A stretch of DNA of 63,946 bases, counting the filler, from Sluysia triapertura (lineage: Eukaryota), in the NCBI GenBank assembly GCA_046118255.1. It is 5 parts of 5 records of this genome, joined end to end, with 100 filler letters (N's around TTAATTAATTAA, not from the genome) between each part and the next. Parts side by side here need not be neighbours in the genome. Positions count along the whole stretch, not along the records: positions 11,439 to 24,281 come from JBJNIA010078489.1; positions 24,382 to 38,771 come from JBJNIA010261176.1; 3 more parts are not named here. One strand, 5' to 3'. The notes below the pieces were generated by a model. That model was given only the letters and a program-made list of their open reading frames with translations. It made no database searches and was not told where the DNA came from. The translations under genes and the position numbers were made by a program. Shown here in pieces: positions 12,957 to 24,478 of the stretch. Within the stretch, counting starts at the first letter, position 1. Each line of letters opens with the position of its first letter.

Positions 12957-14401
12957 ACTCGGTACCTATTATTATAACCCTATTACAAGTGATTATGTAG
13001 TAAAAGTAAATAGCATATTGATTATGGTAAAGATTGAGAGTGCAACTATTAAAACATTTTGTATATCTAATCAACTTTTCTTACTTATATTCTTACTTAG
13101 TTTGGTAGCAATATTCGTTATTTTGTTTATTGTAGTAGGTAATGCTGTACCTGTGCTTTCTTCTTAAAACTATCCATAAAATCTATTGTTACTGTCTTAT
13201 TGTAAAGTTTGAACACTATTATTGCGGTATATTGAATTGAATGCTGACATTTGAAAATATTGTCTTTATTATTAATGGTTCAAAATATTTGCAATATATA
13301 TCAAAATTATAATCAGGAATTTTGTTTTTATTATCAATTTCAGCTGTCCAAAATCTTTTGAAGGTATTTGACAGGAAGATGTCTTGTTTAGTATTAGTAT
13401 AATTTGTTAAATTTACTGGATAATGAGTTATCCTTGTTGTTAATTGAAATGGAAATATATATAAATGGAAATTATATAAATGAATCTATTATTTGGAATT
13501 CCTCTTATAAACATTATACTGCTATCAGTAGTATTATTATCATTATCATTATTATCTATTCCTATACCCGAAGTTGAAGAAACCGTGGTATCACACTGTG
13601 GAGGTCAATATACATCTTGCTTTTAACAAAATATTAATGTTTTAACTTATTTTTAATTTTTTATTAAACAAATTTAAAACGTTGATTAAATAAAAATATT
13701 TTAACTTTAATTTTATAACAATTAACAAAAAACAAAAATTTTTAATCAACAAATTAGGCCTAATGCCTTTAAGGAATAAACAATTTAAATAAAACACAAA
13801 ATATGATATTTTATTTAAAACACTGTAAAATAACACAAAGAAATAAATAACATTTACGTCATTGTAGATGAAGGATCTAGAGAGCTGAGAAATTAAGTTA
13901 ATTATGGGATAATTAATTGAAGGCTTTACTGTGTTCATAGCATGAATCTTATTTATAAATAAAATTGAAAAATATAAAATCATTAGGTTTCGCAGTATTT
14001 ATATTATATTTCACATAATTCGACATGTCATGTATTGGTAACAAATTTTGACAACATGGCTTAGTAAATGTTTGATTTCCATTTGGTAATTTTACTTTTG
14101 TTCAATTGAAGTTTATTAGAACTCGGCCATATGAGTGGATAATATAAAGGAATCATTATACAAGTCATTATTACAAAAATCAAAACCAAGGTTTGTACTG
14201 CTTTCATCATTAACGTAACAATTTCATAAATTTCATGGTTAACGTAGTAATAAAAATTGATTTTTTTACCATGTTTATTTTTTATTAATTTAATTTTTTA
14301 GTTATTATTAAACAATTTTTAATAAATATTAATCAAATAAGATTGTGTTATTTAAAATAATGTCTAAGCTTTAGTTATATATAATTAAATTTTGCATGAA
14401 A

Positions 14402-14915
14402 CTAATTTAAAAAATATAGTGATAATTCTTTGGCAAAAATATCTTCTTGATTTTCGAGACTCTTAAAAGGATTTACATCAAAATTTGTTTTCAGCGCTAT
14501 ATAATATTCAAAAAAATCTGTTCCAAGTCCATCAATCAAAATTTTATACTTTTTAAGCATATCTAAAGATTCTTCTAAAGATGTTGGTTGATTCTTGCAA
14601 TGACCGCCATTTCTTGGTTCAATTAATGCTAATTTACGTCGTAGACCATCCATTCCAGCTTCTAGCATAGCAGCAATTACTAAATAAATATTAGCTCTGC
14701 CGGATACAATGCGATTCTCAATAAAATTATGATTATGCGTTTCTGCGCTAGTTTTAACTCGATAACCTACTGTTCTATCTTCATAATTCCAACTAATTTT
14801 ATTTGGTGCCCACGATGCTTTGACAATACGACGATAATAGTTGAATGTTGGATTAAAGAAATCCGTTAATGCTTCGGAATGCTCGATTAATCCAGCTAAA
14901 AGTGTTGACCAGTTT
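14402..14915 (-). pseudogene. Glutamine synthetase type I / lengsin-like C-terminal fragment
   Basis: (KTGQHF)LAGLIEHSEALTDFFNPTFNYYRRIVKASWAPNKISWNYEDRTVGYRV...IENRIVSGRANIYLVIAAMLEAGMDGLRRKL...PTSLEESLDML...GLGTDFFEYYIALK to stop at 14402. This is the GS catalytic-domain C-half; the N-half is absent and a 1-nt deletion lies near 14900. Confidence 0.9.
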
Positions 14916-14916
14916 A

Positions 14917-15774
14917 TGCACAGAACATTTTCTCGATGATTGTAATACAAACAAAACTTGTATTATACATTGTACAATTTCCAAAGATGATTTTGCTATA
15001 AACAAAATACAAATACTTTTTTCAGCATTTTGATAGACTTGGCTAAGTTCAACAGGTTCTGCTGACGAAATTAGCAAAAATAAATTGTAAGCTATCACTC
15101 CACAAAGGTCAATTAAAAGAAGATTATCATCAAGTGCTTCTGTTAATTGCCTAAAATGTAATATTCGCATTTTGTAAAAACCAATTATTGTTACGACTGC
15201 ACTACTGGTTAGTAGAATTCATTCAGATATATGATAGACAATAACAGCTTTATATTTGTCTCTGCGAAACAATATAAATATAGCTAAGCCCACCAAGCTT
15301 GCCAAGAAAAACAAAAGTCCAACAAAAAGACCTTTGTGAGATTTATGACATTTCGGATTGCGAAATTTGATTGGTGGATTATTTGTATGATTTTATGTTT
15401 ATAGGAACTTTTCTATGTAAAGAATGATCATCCGAATTAATACCAGCATGAGTATCACTGTAAATTAATTTATCTTGATATATGTTTTTATAGTTAAGCG
15501 AACGTAAAGATGGCGACAAACTTTCTGTATACATTGTTTGAAAAGTTTGTTTTTTAAAGTAATTTGATTTAATAATTGCTTGTATAATTACCATCGAGTT
15601 TTTGAAGCATCTTATAGAGAATAGCTGCACATATCAGACTGTATTCTATAGCACAAGGAAATAAATATGGTGATACGAGATAAGCAATTTGATTTGAACA
15701 TGTAATTTGAGAAAAATTAGAATGATAACCAGTATCGTTTTGATAATGTAATACTACAAATGAATAATGAATAT
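14917..15774 (-). pseudogene. OTOP: Otopetrin proton-channel internal fragment
   Basis: SPYLFPCAIEYSLICAAILYKM (otopetrin FPCxIEYSL motif), CHKSHKGLFVGLL, LDDNLLLI, SLEIVQCIIQVLFVLQSSRK. In-frame TGA at 15219-15221 plus frameshifts. Starts at acceptor 'ttattttag' (15775-15776). Confidence 0.88.
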
Positions 15775-16899
15775 CTAAAATAATTATTTATTATTAATTT
15801 TTACAATATAAACAAATTTAAAATAAATAATAAAAATAATAAATAATAATTAAATAACAATAATAAATAATAATAGTATTACAAAAGGATATCTAAATAA
15901 TTTTTGACGAGGGAGTTATTAATATATTTATTCTAACAATAAATGAAAATGTAAAGTGAGTCCATCTACGATCCTAGGCTTACATACTTAGGTCAGACCG
16001 TAGGATTGAGGTTTGATAATTTACTTAATTTTAGAAATGTTAACTAAGATACTTATGTGTCCGTGGTTAGTGGTGATAGTAGTAGTACTATAATTTATTA
16101 AACATATGTTGCTTAGATGCTATGGGATATGTATTATGACCGATTAGTATGTAATAATGTATTATTGTAATAATCTATTACAATAATCTATTGTAATAAT
16201 GTAAAGTAAATAGAGATTAAAAAAATAGTTGTTATTGTTATTGTAATTATTTTATTAACTTTTTTATTATTATTTTAAAGTATTATTAAAGTATTGTTAT
16301 TTTCAAATATTATTAAAATATTATTATTCTAAAGGTATTTATTAAATATATTATTATTAAAGACAATTATTATTAATCATTAAATATTATTAATCTAGTG
16401 TAATTTAAACTTATAAGTATTATAATCGATGACCTAATACGTAGAGAGATGATAAATGGTGAACGCTTTGTTACTTAGTCACAAAAAATTTTGTACACAT
16501 TGTTTTTAAAAGTTTAGTGTTATCATTAATTGTTACCATTATTCACTGTTATATATTTATTTGATTTTTCATTAAAACGTTGATAAACGAAAATATACTC
16601 AACTTATAATAAATTCGACTTATCTAATCATTGAACTATAATTTAGAAAAACATCTTATTTTACAGTTGTCCAAACAAATTTAATCGTTATTTAGTTAAT
16701 TAAGGCATACTTTTGAAAAAGATAATTTAAAAAATTTAATTTAATATTTATCAAACTTCTATTTAGTAAAATTTCGTTACGGATTTAATTTATTTAATCA
16801 AAAACATTGAAGTACATATATAATAATATTAATATTTAGAATTTATATATCATATTTGTATATATCCTATTTTAACATTTTGTATATAATTTTGAAAGA

Positions 16900-17850
16900 T
16901 CCTCTAGTTTAAAATTCAAAATAATCAATTCAATAACATTATTACATTATTTAACATTTTACATCGTTACCTTTTCAAAATTTATCAAAACCTTTTTCAT
17001 ATTTTACATTGTTTTAGATCCATTAAAACCATTTTTCATACTTCAAAACATTTTAAATTCACAATGTTTCAACATCCAAATAATACTTACATTCAAACCA
17101 TTAATGTACATTTCAAATCTCATTTAAAACATGTTATCTCACAATCCTACAGTATTTGAATCACAATTTACATCTTAAATTATTGTAGAAAACATACTAA
17201 AATTAATTCAAAACAATTTAAATTCACAATCCTTCAACAATCAATTTTCAACACCATAGAAAAACATTATAATCACATTTTAAATTTATTTTTGAAAAAA
17301 TATTAATGGAATTTTAGTTATTTTTATGTAAAGAAGTAGAACAAGTAAAAGAAAGTTCATGTAACATAAAATTAAAAGAATTATGCATTTTAATTATATT
17401 CTTTTTATTTTATTATAATTATTATTCTTATTTATTTATTTATTTATTCATTCTTCTTATCATTATTATTATTTTAGTACATTTATTATTATACCATTTT
17501 TATTGCCATAATCATTATTATTTTTAGATTAAATGGCTTTGTTGATTTTAGTTACTATAAAATAAATTAAACGGAATCTGTCATTGCCAAACAAATATTC
17601 ACACATGCACATATATAGTTGGAAGTGTGTTTCCACAGGCAATCAATATAACTAACTTTGAACACTTTTAATTTACTGCACATACAAGCATACAAGGTTA
17701 CAATTTAATCTATGATAATATAGCATTTGGTTTGGCATCCAATCAAGTCCATCTCTACGTTGTAATTCTACTTATCGGGTTTGACGTCCAATCATCATTG
17801 ATATCATTATGTTATTCAGTTAAAAATTAAAGATTCTGAAAGGATTTTTA
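16900..17850 (+). repeat. Copy of C/A-rich interspersed element with promoter-like 3' module
   Basis: 17050-17150 aligns by eye with 21217-21330 ('cattttaaat.cacaat...tactta.at..aaaccatta...gtaca.ttcaaat.t.atttaaaacat'). Followed by TGTCA, two CCAATC and a TATA-like 'catataag' near 17895. Confidence 0.6.
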
Positions 17851-18305
17851 ATGGATTTGTAGGGAAATTACACAAAATTCATCACATTTCATCACATATA
17901 AGCACTTCTCATATACACCGACTATTAAACAAACTACTAAACTCATTCAAAAAACAAACATGATCATCACACTTAATTATCTTTAACTACAGCTATTATT
18001 TTTACAATTCAAATCGTATTAATAATATACATATATAATAATTATAGTCATTATTGTTACATAATATAAATATCAGATAATAACTTTTATAATAATTTTC
18101 ATAATAAATTTCTACATCAACATTTCAGTATTAATAAATATAATAACCATGTTATTGTTATCATTATTATCATTTCTTTTATCTTTAGTATCAATCTTTC
18201 TATTTTTTTGTTTTTCTTCAATTTTTTTAATATGCTACACAATATCTCTAATCCTATAAATCCAACCATATCTCTTCATCCTACCAACCTTTACTTTTTC
18301 AACAG

Positions 18306-18619
18306 AGCTGTATTATGTCTTCTGTTGCAAGTACAAGCATCATCACAAACATCATCACAACCACCATCGCTATCACCATTTTTCACTCGTCATCGTATAT
18401 GTGCAAATTGACATAGAATTGGTACCAATGTGAACACTGGAGCTTTCTCATCTCCTTCAAATTCTCCGCATATTGTGGCAAGTAGTAGTGTTCTTAATAC
18501 ACCAATATTAAGACAGAGAATACATTATGATTCAGATTTCGTATCTCCTCCGAGTACGAAAAGAAATATTACAATTGTTAGATCTGCCCAATCAGAAGAT
18601 GATGATGAATATAATAATA
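18306..18619 (+). pseudogene. Orphan exon-like coding fragment (Ser/Pro-rich, unknown parent)
   Basis: Acceptor 'tttttcaacag' (ends 18305) and donor 'gtatgt' (18620). One frame is open across the exon except a TGA at 18409 (RHRICAN*HRIG, plausibly CGA>TGA). Confidence 0.45.
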
Positions 18620-19766
18620 GTATGTAAACTTTTTTTGATGCTTTTAATAGTTTCTGATATGTTGCTAATATCTTTATATAAACAATTTGTATATGTAATG
18701 AACCAGCATTTATACTTAGAATCTTAAATGTATTATTATCAATCATTATAGCATTATTATAAATTACCGTAGCTGAATACCACACATGTGATTGGTGAAA
18801 CTAATGTATTTAGTGTCAGAGATTGTGGAATAATTCAGTTAAAAAATGTTTCGTGTTATCCACATTTTAACGGACTCGCAAATTTTAAATATATTATTTT
18901 AATTATTAGTGATTAATATTTGACGAATACATAACTAAGTATTGTATTTAGTAATTCTTGTTGGTAATTGTAAGATCCTCTAGTGGATTTAAATATAAAT
19001 ATGGATTATATAGGATTTATTTTCAAATTAAGTGAATCTTTTCTATTTCCAATAATTATCTCAATTACAATAATAATAATAATTATTATTTTATTGATGG
19101 TTTCAATTTTTTCTATGAATAGTATTTATTTTAAATTTTCTAACAAAACTAATTTTAATTTCAACTACGTAATTTAAAATATTAAATCGATAAGCTTGTT
19201 CAATATATTTTTACTCGTCAAATGAGTTTATCAAATTTAATAATTCAGAAACATGTTAAATTAAATTATACTTAATCGTGTTTTCTATGAAAATTAATTT
19301 AAATTATGTTGATGGTTTATATAATTTATACTTTCTTAAGGAAATTTCCATTTCTCGTGTCATTTTACTAATAAAAAATAGGTAATAAGTGTTGAATACA
19401 TGATAATAATTCAAAATTTGTCATATTTTTAAAGCAAATAAATACATTAAATCCATTATTTATACTTTTAAATCACATTTTAAAATTAATTAAACGTTTC
19501 AATTTTTCAGTTTAAACTTTACAATATTACATTTATCTATTCGGTCTTTAATGTAGCGATTTTCTCTATTACTGAGATTAATTTTATAACTCGATTATGA
19601 ATTTTTAATGTAACGTCTTTTGCTTTCATTTGTATTTTTAACCGTACTTTCTTGCTTATATTAAACGATCTTAAGGTTTATTTTAGGAATTTAATGTTTT
19701 TAATGGATTTTTTCTATTAAATTTAGTGAATTTAAAGGATCGCGATGACGTTGATGGCAAACTAAC

Positions 19767-21120
19767 ATCACTTCCCATTTATAAAAGTTGTCCACAAATT
19801 TTTAAAGAGAATTAAGATTGTAGAAAATATTTCGCGGATTTAGTATTTATTGTTGGTAAATATGTGTACATTGTTATACTATCATGCAATAATACTATAT
19901 TATGATATCAACAAATATCGTAATTATTAGGTAAACCAGTATAGCGTGAGTGTTACTTAAATCATTCAAATTGTACTGGTCCACGTCGAAATATAGGGTA
20001 TTAGTTGGCCGAATTCATCCAAATTGACTCCTGGAGGTAAATGTTTCGGATTTGTTTGTCTAACTAGAGAGCCTGGATATTAGTAGTTTGGTTTGTAGAA
20101 TTCGTCGTGGAATTGATCTGGAGTATTGGACTGTTTGGAGTTGACAAGTTGTGGGAGAAGAGGAAAAGAGGCGGGGTTTAGTATAAGATGGGCTGAGCAT
20201 GTAGGGGAATTAAAAAAGAAAAAGAAAGAGTACCAGACAAGTTTTGAGGAAGGAAAGATGGCATTTTGAACGAGATCTATACAAGGCATCTTAAGCAGAA
20301 AATGGTAAAGTAATTTCAGCACGTGTTCGTTCTAGTAAAAGAATCAGCGAAAGAGAAAGAAATAAGATGCGTGCTAGTGAGATTTATTATCCCTCTCAAC
20401 CAACCATAAAGAATATTAATGTGTGGTAACAAGAAACCAAGAATTTGTTGTGTAATGAGATCATTCAAAAGCTTCTAATATTTTCTATATCCACGCTGAT
20501 GAAAGATTTTCATCATCTAACCCATGTATTTCCTTACAAATATTTTGAACTCGAACTCGCTTTGTCTATGGTGTGGAGTCTTTAGTGATATGGCATAAAA
20601 CCTAACTGAATAATTTGGTAATTATTATTCACGTCCAAAACATGGTGAAAATCAACAAATATCAACCTACTTTCGTCAAAAACAGGAAGTGATGGAATGT
20701 GTGTCTATGTCAAGCATTCCCGCACTTGTACGTATGTGGAATATAAAGTAGTTAAGCACGATTTGGACTTCAGAGGAACAGGAAAAAGTACTGTAAAAGT
20801 TGTGGAATATTCGTCGGCCTCTATTCTGATTTAGCAAGATTTGGTAATCTTATCAAGTTTTAATCAGGAATATCAATAAACTCGAAAGAAGAGAGAAGAT
20901 CATTGACAATAACCGAAGGAAATGCGGATTGCAAGCTAAATAGGTAGGTTGCAAAGTTTTCGTCAATTTCTGATTTAAGAGGATTATGAGTGGATTTAGA
21001 ATTTAAGAATAAAGTAGAATGAATATCCTTCTTACAAAACCTGTCAATACTCCCATAAAAAGACTTGATTTGGGTAGAAATTCTAGAAATATACAATGTA
21101 CGAAGGAAGAGATAACACAA
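19767..21120 (-). mobile_element. 3' part of an LTR retroelement: decayed env-like ORF, polypurine tract and start of 3' LTR
   Basis: ~1.2 kb higher-GC broken ORF ending in a hydrophobic segment (ISTWTSTI*MI*VTLTLYWFT), then 'aaatgggaagtga' (19780-19768) directly followed by TGTTAG (19767), a typical Ty3/gypsy PPT-LTR junction. Confidence 0.45.
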
Positions 21121-21129
21121 AATACAAAA

Positions 21130-22068
21130 AAATTAGTAAGTTATTTTACATTTCTTAACATTCCACATTTTACCTTTCAAGATTCAATTCATTAAACATT
21201 TTTTTACACTTTATAGCATTTTAAATCCACAATCTCATAACATTAAAATTATACTTAGATCTAAAACCATTAAACGTACACTTCAAATTTAATTTAAAAC
21301 ATTTCAAGTTCACAGTCCTTCAACATTCACATCATTTATATTATTGAAAAACTTTAAATTTTCATTTTAAAATCATTTTAAACATCGTAATCAAAATGGA
21401 ATTTCTTTAACATCTTTAACTACGTTATTATTATTTTTTACTTATACATAATGCTTTCTAAAATATAATATGAATTAAAGATATGTAAAGAATTTTAAAA
21501 GAATTTGTAGTCATTAAATATTTCAAAGAAGATTTATGGTTTAAAGCAAAGTATAATTAAAAAGAATTAAAAGATGTATTTAAATAATAAAAAAAGTTTA
21601 TTTTTTTAATATTTTCATTTTTGTTTTTATTATTATTTTATTTTTTTATTAATTTCATTTTATTATTATTAAACTTATTTTTTATTATTACAATTATTAT
21701 CCTTAACATTTTCATTATCATTATTATCAATATTAATCATTGTTATTTGCACACAAAAAGTTAATTTTATTTCTGTCAATCTCGACAGTTCATTTTGTAC
21801 AAACATTGAATTGCCTGTCACCATTTCATAATCACTACCACATTAGTTTTAAAAACTACATGGTGACAGGCATGCATTTTAGTCATTGTTTTAATTGTGC
21901 AGCGTTTCAATTTCCCTGGATTGGGGTTGGTTGAATCAGTGTTCATTCTGCTCTTGTGCATTGATTCTGACTCACCAATCAATCATTGGCAATTCGTGGT
22001 GTTATTCAATAATTATTAAAAATTAGTTCACAAATTTAAAAGTTAAAAAATTTTATTGATTTTTTCAG
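21130..22068 (+). repeat. Copy of C/A-rich element with double-hairpin promoter-like module
   Basis: Similar to 16900-17850. Perfect 13-bp IR tgcctgtcaccat (21812-21824)/atggtgacaggca (21860-21872); second IR gattgg..gaatcagtg/cattgattc..ccaatc (21919-21980); acceptor 'ttttttcag' near 22068. Confidence 0.6.
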
Positions 22069-22178
22069 TTTAATCAGAGTAAAACAGAAATTATCAATTA
22101 GTGAACAATTTTTTGTTCTTACACTTAATGAATTTTATAAACGATAACTATCAATTGAATTATGCAAGTAGAACAAAT

Positions 22179-22403
22179 GACCCTAAAAGAATGCACATAT
22201 CAAATATTCCATTTAGCTATCGTGAAGTACTGAAAGGCTATGGTGTAATTCTTGATGTGGAAATTATTTTCAATAAAAAAGAATCAAAATGATTCGGCTT
22301 TGTTACTTTAGAAAACGCATTTGATACAGATAAAGCAAAAAATGATTTAAATGGAAAAGAAGTAGAAGAACGTAATCTGGAAATTAATCTTGCTACTCTC
22401 AGA
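22179..22403 (+). pseudogene. RBFOX: RBFOX (Fox-1) RRM fragment, intronless
   Basis: [69 protein letters not shown] versus Fox-1 PKRLHVSNIPFRFR...[25 protein letters not shown]...EGRKIEVNNATAR. Internal deletion and Gly>TGA at 22290. Confidence 0.9.
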
Positions 22404-22689
22404 TCTATCTTCAATAAAAGAAAAAAATATGTTTTAGATGAAACTAATGCTTTCAATTTGGCAAATACTGAAGTGTGGAATAAATTACAATTTCACCCAT
22501 TCAGAGAAATTTGTTGCCATTTTCATTTTGATAATGCTTTTAGAAATGCAAGAATTTCCAAAAGCGTGCAGTCATTGTAAAGTAATATGGATAAGCTGGA
22601 ATCCGTAAAAAGAAAGAGCTCTGTTTCTTCAGATATGGTTATCCCACCAAATATAACATTTGATGCACAACCAAAACATGAAAATTATG

Positions 22690-22780
22690 AGTAGCAACAG
22701 AGTCGGGATATGTCAATCCACTGCAGACGATTTTGGAATATGTCGTAGATTTGGCTATTCATGCCCGTACAGCCATAATA
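22690..22780 (+). pseudogene. CCCH-type zinc-finger-like fragment
   Basis: GICQSTADDFGICRRFGYSCPYSH (C-x9-C-x6-C-x3-H). Confidence 0.4.
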
Positions 22781-24281
22781 GTTTCGAAACTAATTATAAT
22801 CCTATCAGTGATCAAATGATCATATTAATAGATTCAATAAATTATTACTTTATTTACGAATCAATCCCACAAATTCGCTATCTACAAGTTAAGCAATAAA
22901 CATAAGGATCATCAGATGACTCCGAACTACAGATTAATGTCAAGAGTAAACTTTATTGTTATAAAAATTTTTATATATAGTTACAACTTTTTTTAAGAAC
23001 TTGCTTTGTGAAACAATCGCTGGTTGTCCAAGACGCAAGTCATTCGCCCATATTCCTGATAAATCAATAATCGTTAAAACGTCTACTATTAAAATTTATG
23101 TTAAAAAATAAAACTTCAGAACTTAGTCTTAAAAATTTGTTGTATGAATTTTTTTGTAAAGTTGTCATAAATGTATTTATTTTCCTTCAAAACAATTTAA
23201 TTATAAAATTTTAATTGCTAAATATATAATAACAAAAAATATTAATAATAAAAACGTTCCATCAACCCTCAAATACATCAGTCGAAGTAATGAGGTGTTG
23301 GTTTTTTGATTTTTATGATTATTTGTTGTTAACCTCAAAATATGACGTCTTAAATTATTTATTTTGTTTTTTGTGTAATTATAATTATTGTTTAAAATTT
23401 TTCAATAAAGATTTTGTAAATTATAGTTTTTTAATGAATTTTACGCTAACCAATATAATCCAGGACCTTAAGCCCGATGCTCTTTCTAAATTAGACACCT
23501 ATATCTTTCTAAATTTATGTAATTTCGTTAATATGACACTAGTGAAATTTCTACTTCATCGTTTTTAAATATCATTTATTATGGCATTTCGTTTTGAAAT
23601 AGTGTAAGTCAAAGTTATCCAAAAATTAACTGAAGCGACCCATAATGAAATTCATAAGCTTGTGATTTTCACAGAAATCAAGTAGATACCGTTAAGTAGC
23701 TTTAAATCGAATTTTATTATGTAATGTTTAATATATTTATTTATTAATTAAATATATCAATTATGTCGTATCCAGAAGAAATTATAGAAGCATAATGAAG
23801 CAATAATAATAATAATAATAATATACATAATTCTCATTTAATGCGGCTGTCAAGAAATTAAATTATGTATTTTTGTTACGAAACCCAATCAAATGAAGTA
23901 GCCAATTCCCATTTCATTGGATGTTTGGAAATGTAATGCGTTCAAATGTGCTGACATGTGTTTGAAAATTAAAAATAAACAAATAACATTTCGGAAAATA
24001 AAAATTACTCACAATAAACAAATTCGCAATTAAAAAATTAGTAGAGAAGAAAGTTCAGCCGAGCTAAAAGGTACTATTAAGTGTCACGTAAAATAGTTAC
24101 AAATTAAACATTTATGCAGCATATGGACGTACTAGATGTTATGATAATGATAAATTATAATTATGTAAATGTTAAAGAATTTAATCCAGTAATATAAAAT
24201 TCTCGAAGTATTGCATTCTTTTCCTGGTTGGTAATTAATTTAAGATATTTCTCATCTTCATCACTGCTAATTTCTCTTGAG

Positions 24282-24381
24282 NNNNNNNNNNNNNNNNNNN
24301 NNNNNNNNNNNNNNNNNNNNNNNNNTTAATTAATTAANNNNNNNNNNNNNNNNNNNNNNNNNNNNNNNNNNNNNNNNNNNN
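24282..24381. other. Assembly linker gap
   Basis: 44N-TTAATTAATTAA-44N. Confidence 0.97.
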
Positions 24382-24478
24382 TTTTTATGTCAGTGATAAA
24401 GTTTTAAAGTTATTCACATTTTTCTTCCCATGGGGGGGGGGGGTAAAATTACCCCCCAAGTTGACTAACAAAGGTTAA
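24382..24478. mobile_element. Probable right end of a TTAA-targeting (piggyBac-type) MITE
   Basis: GC-rich subterminal palindrome ggggggtaaaattacccccc and terminus 'aacaaagg|TTAA' (24475-24478). The other end is lost in the gap. Confidence 0.4.

Noticed and set aside
14402-14950. Bacterial contamination/HGT or an intact glnA gene
   Set aside because: GSI/lengsin-like genes exist in animals, composition matches the host, the N-half is missing and it is fused to an otopetrin fragment.
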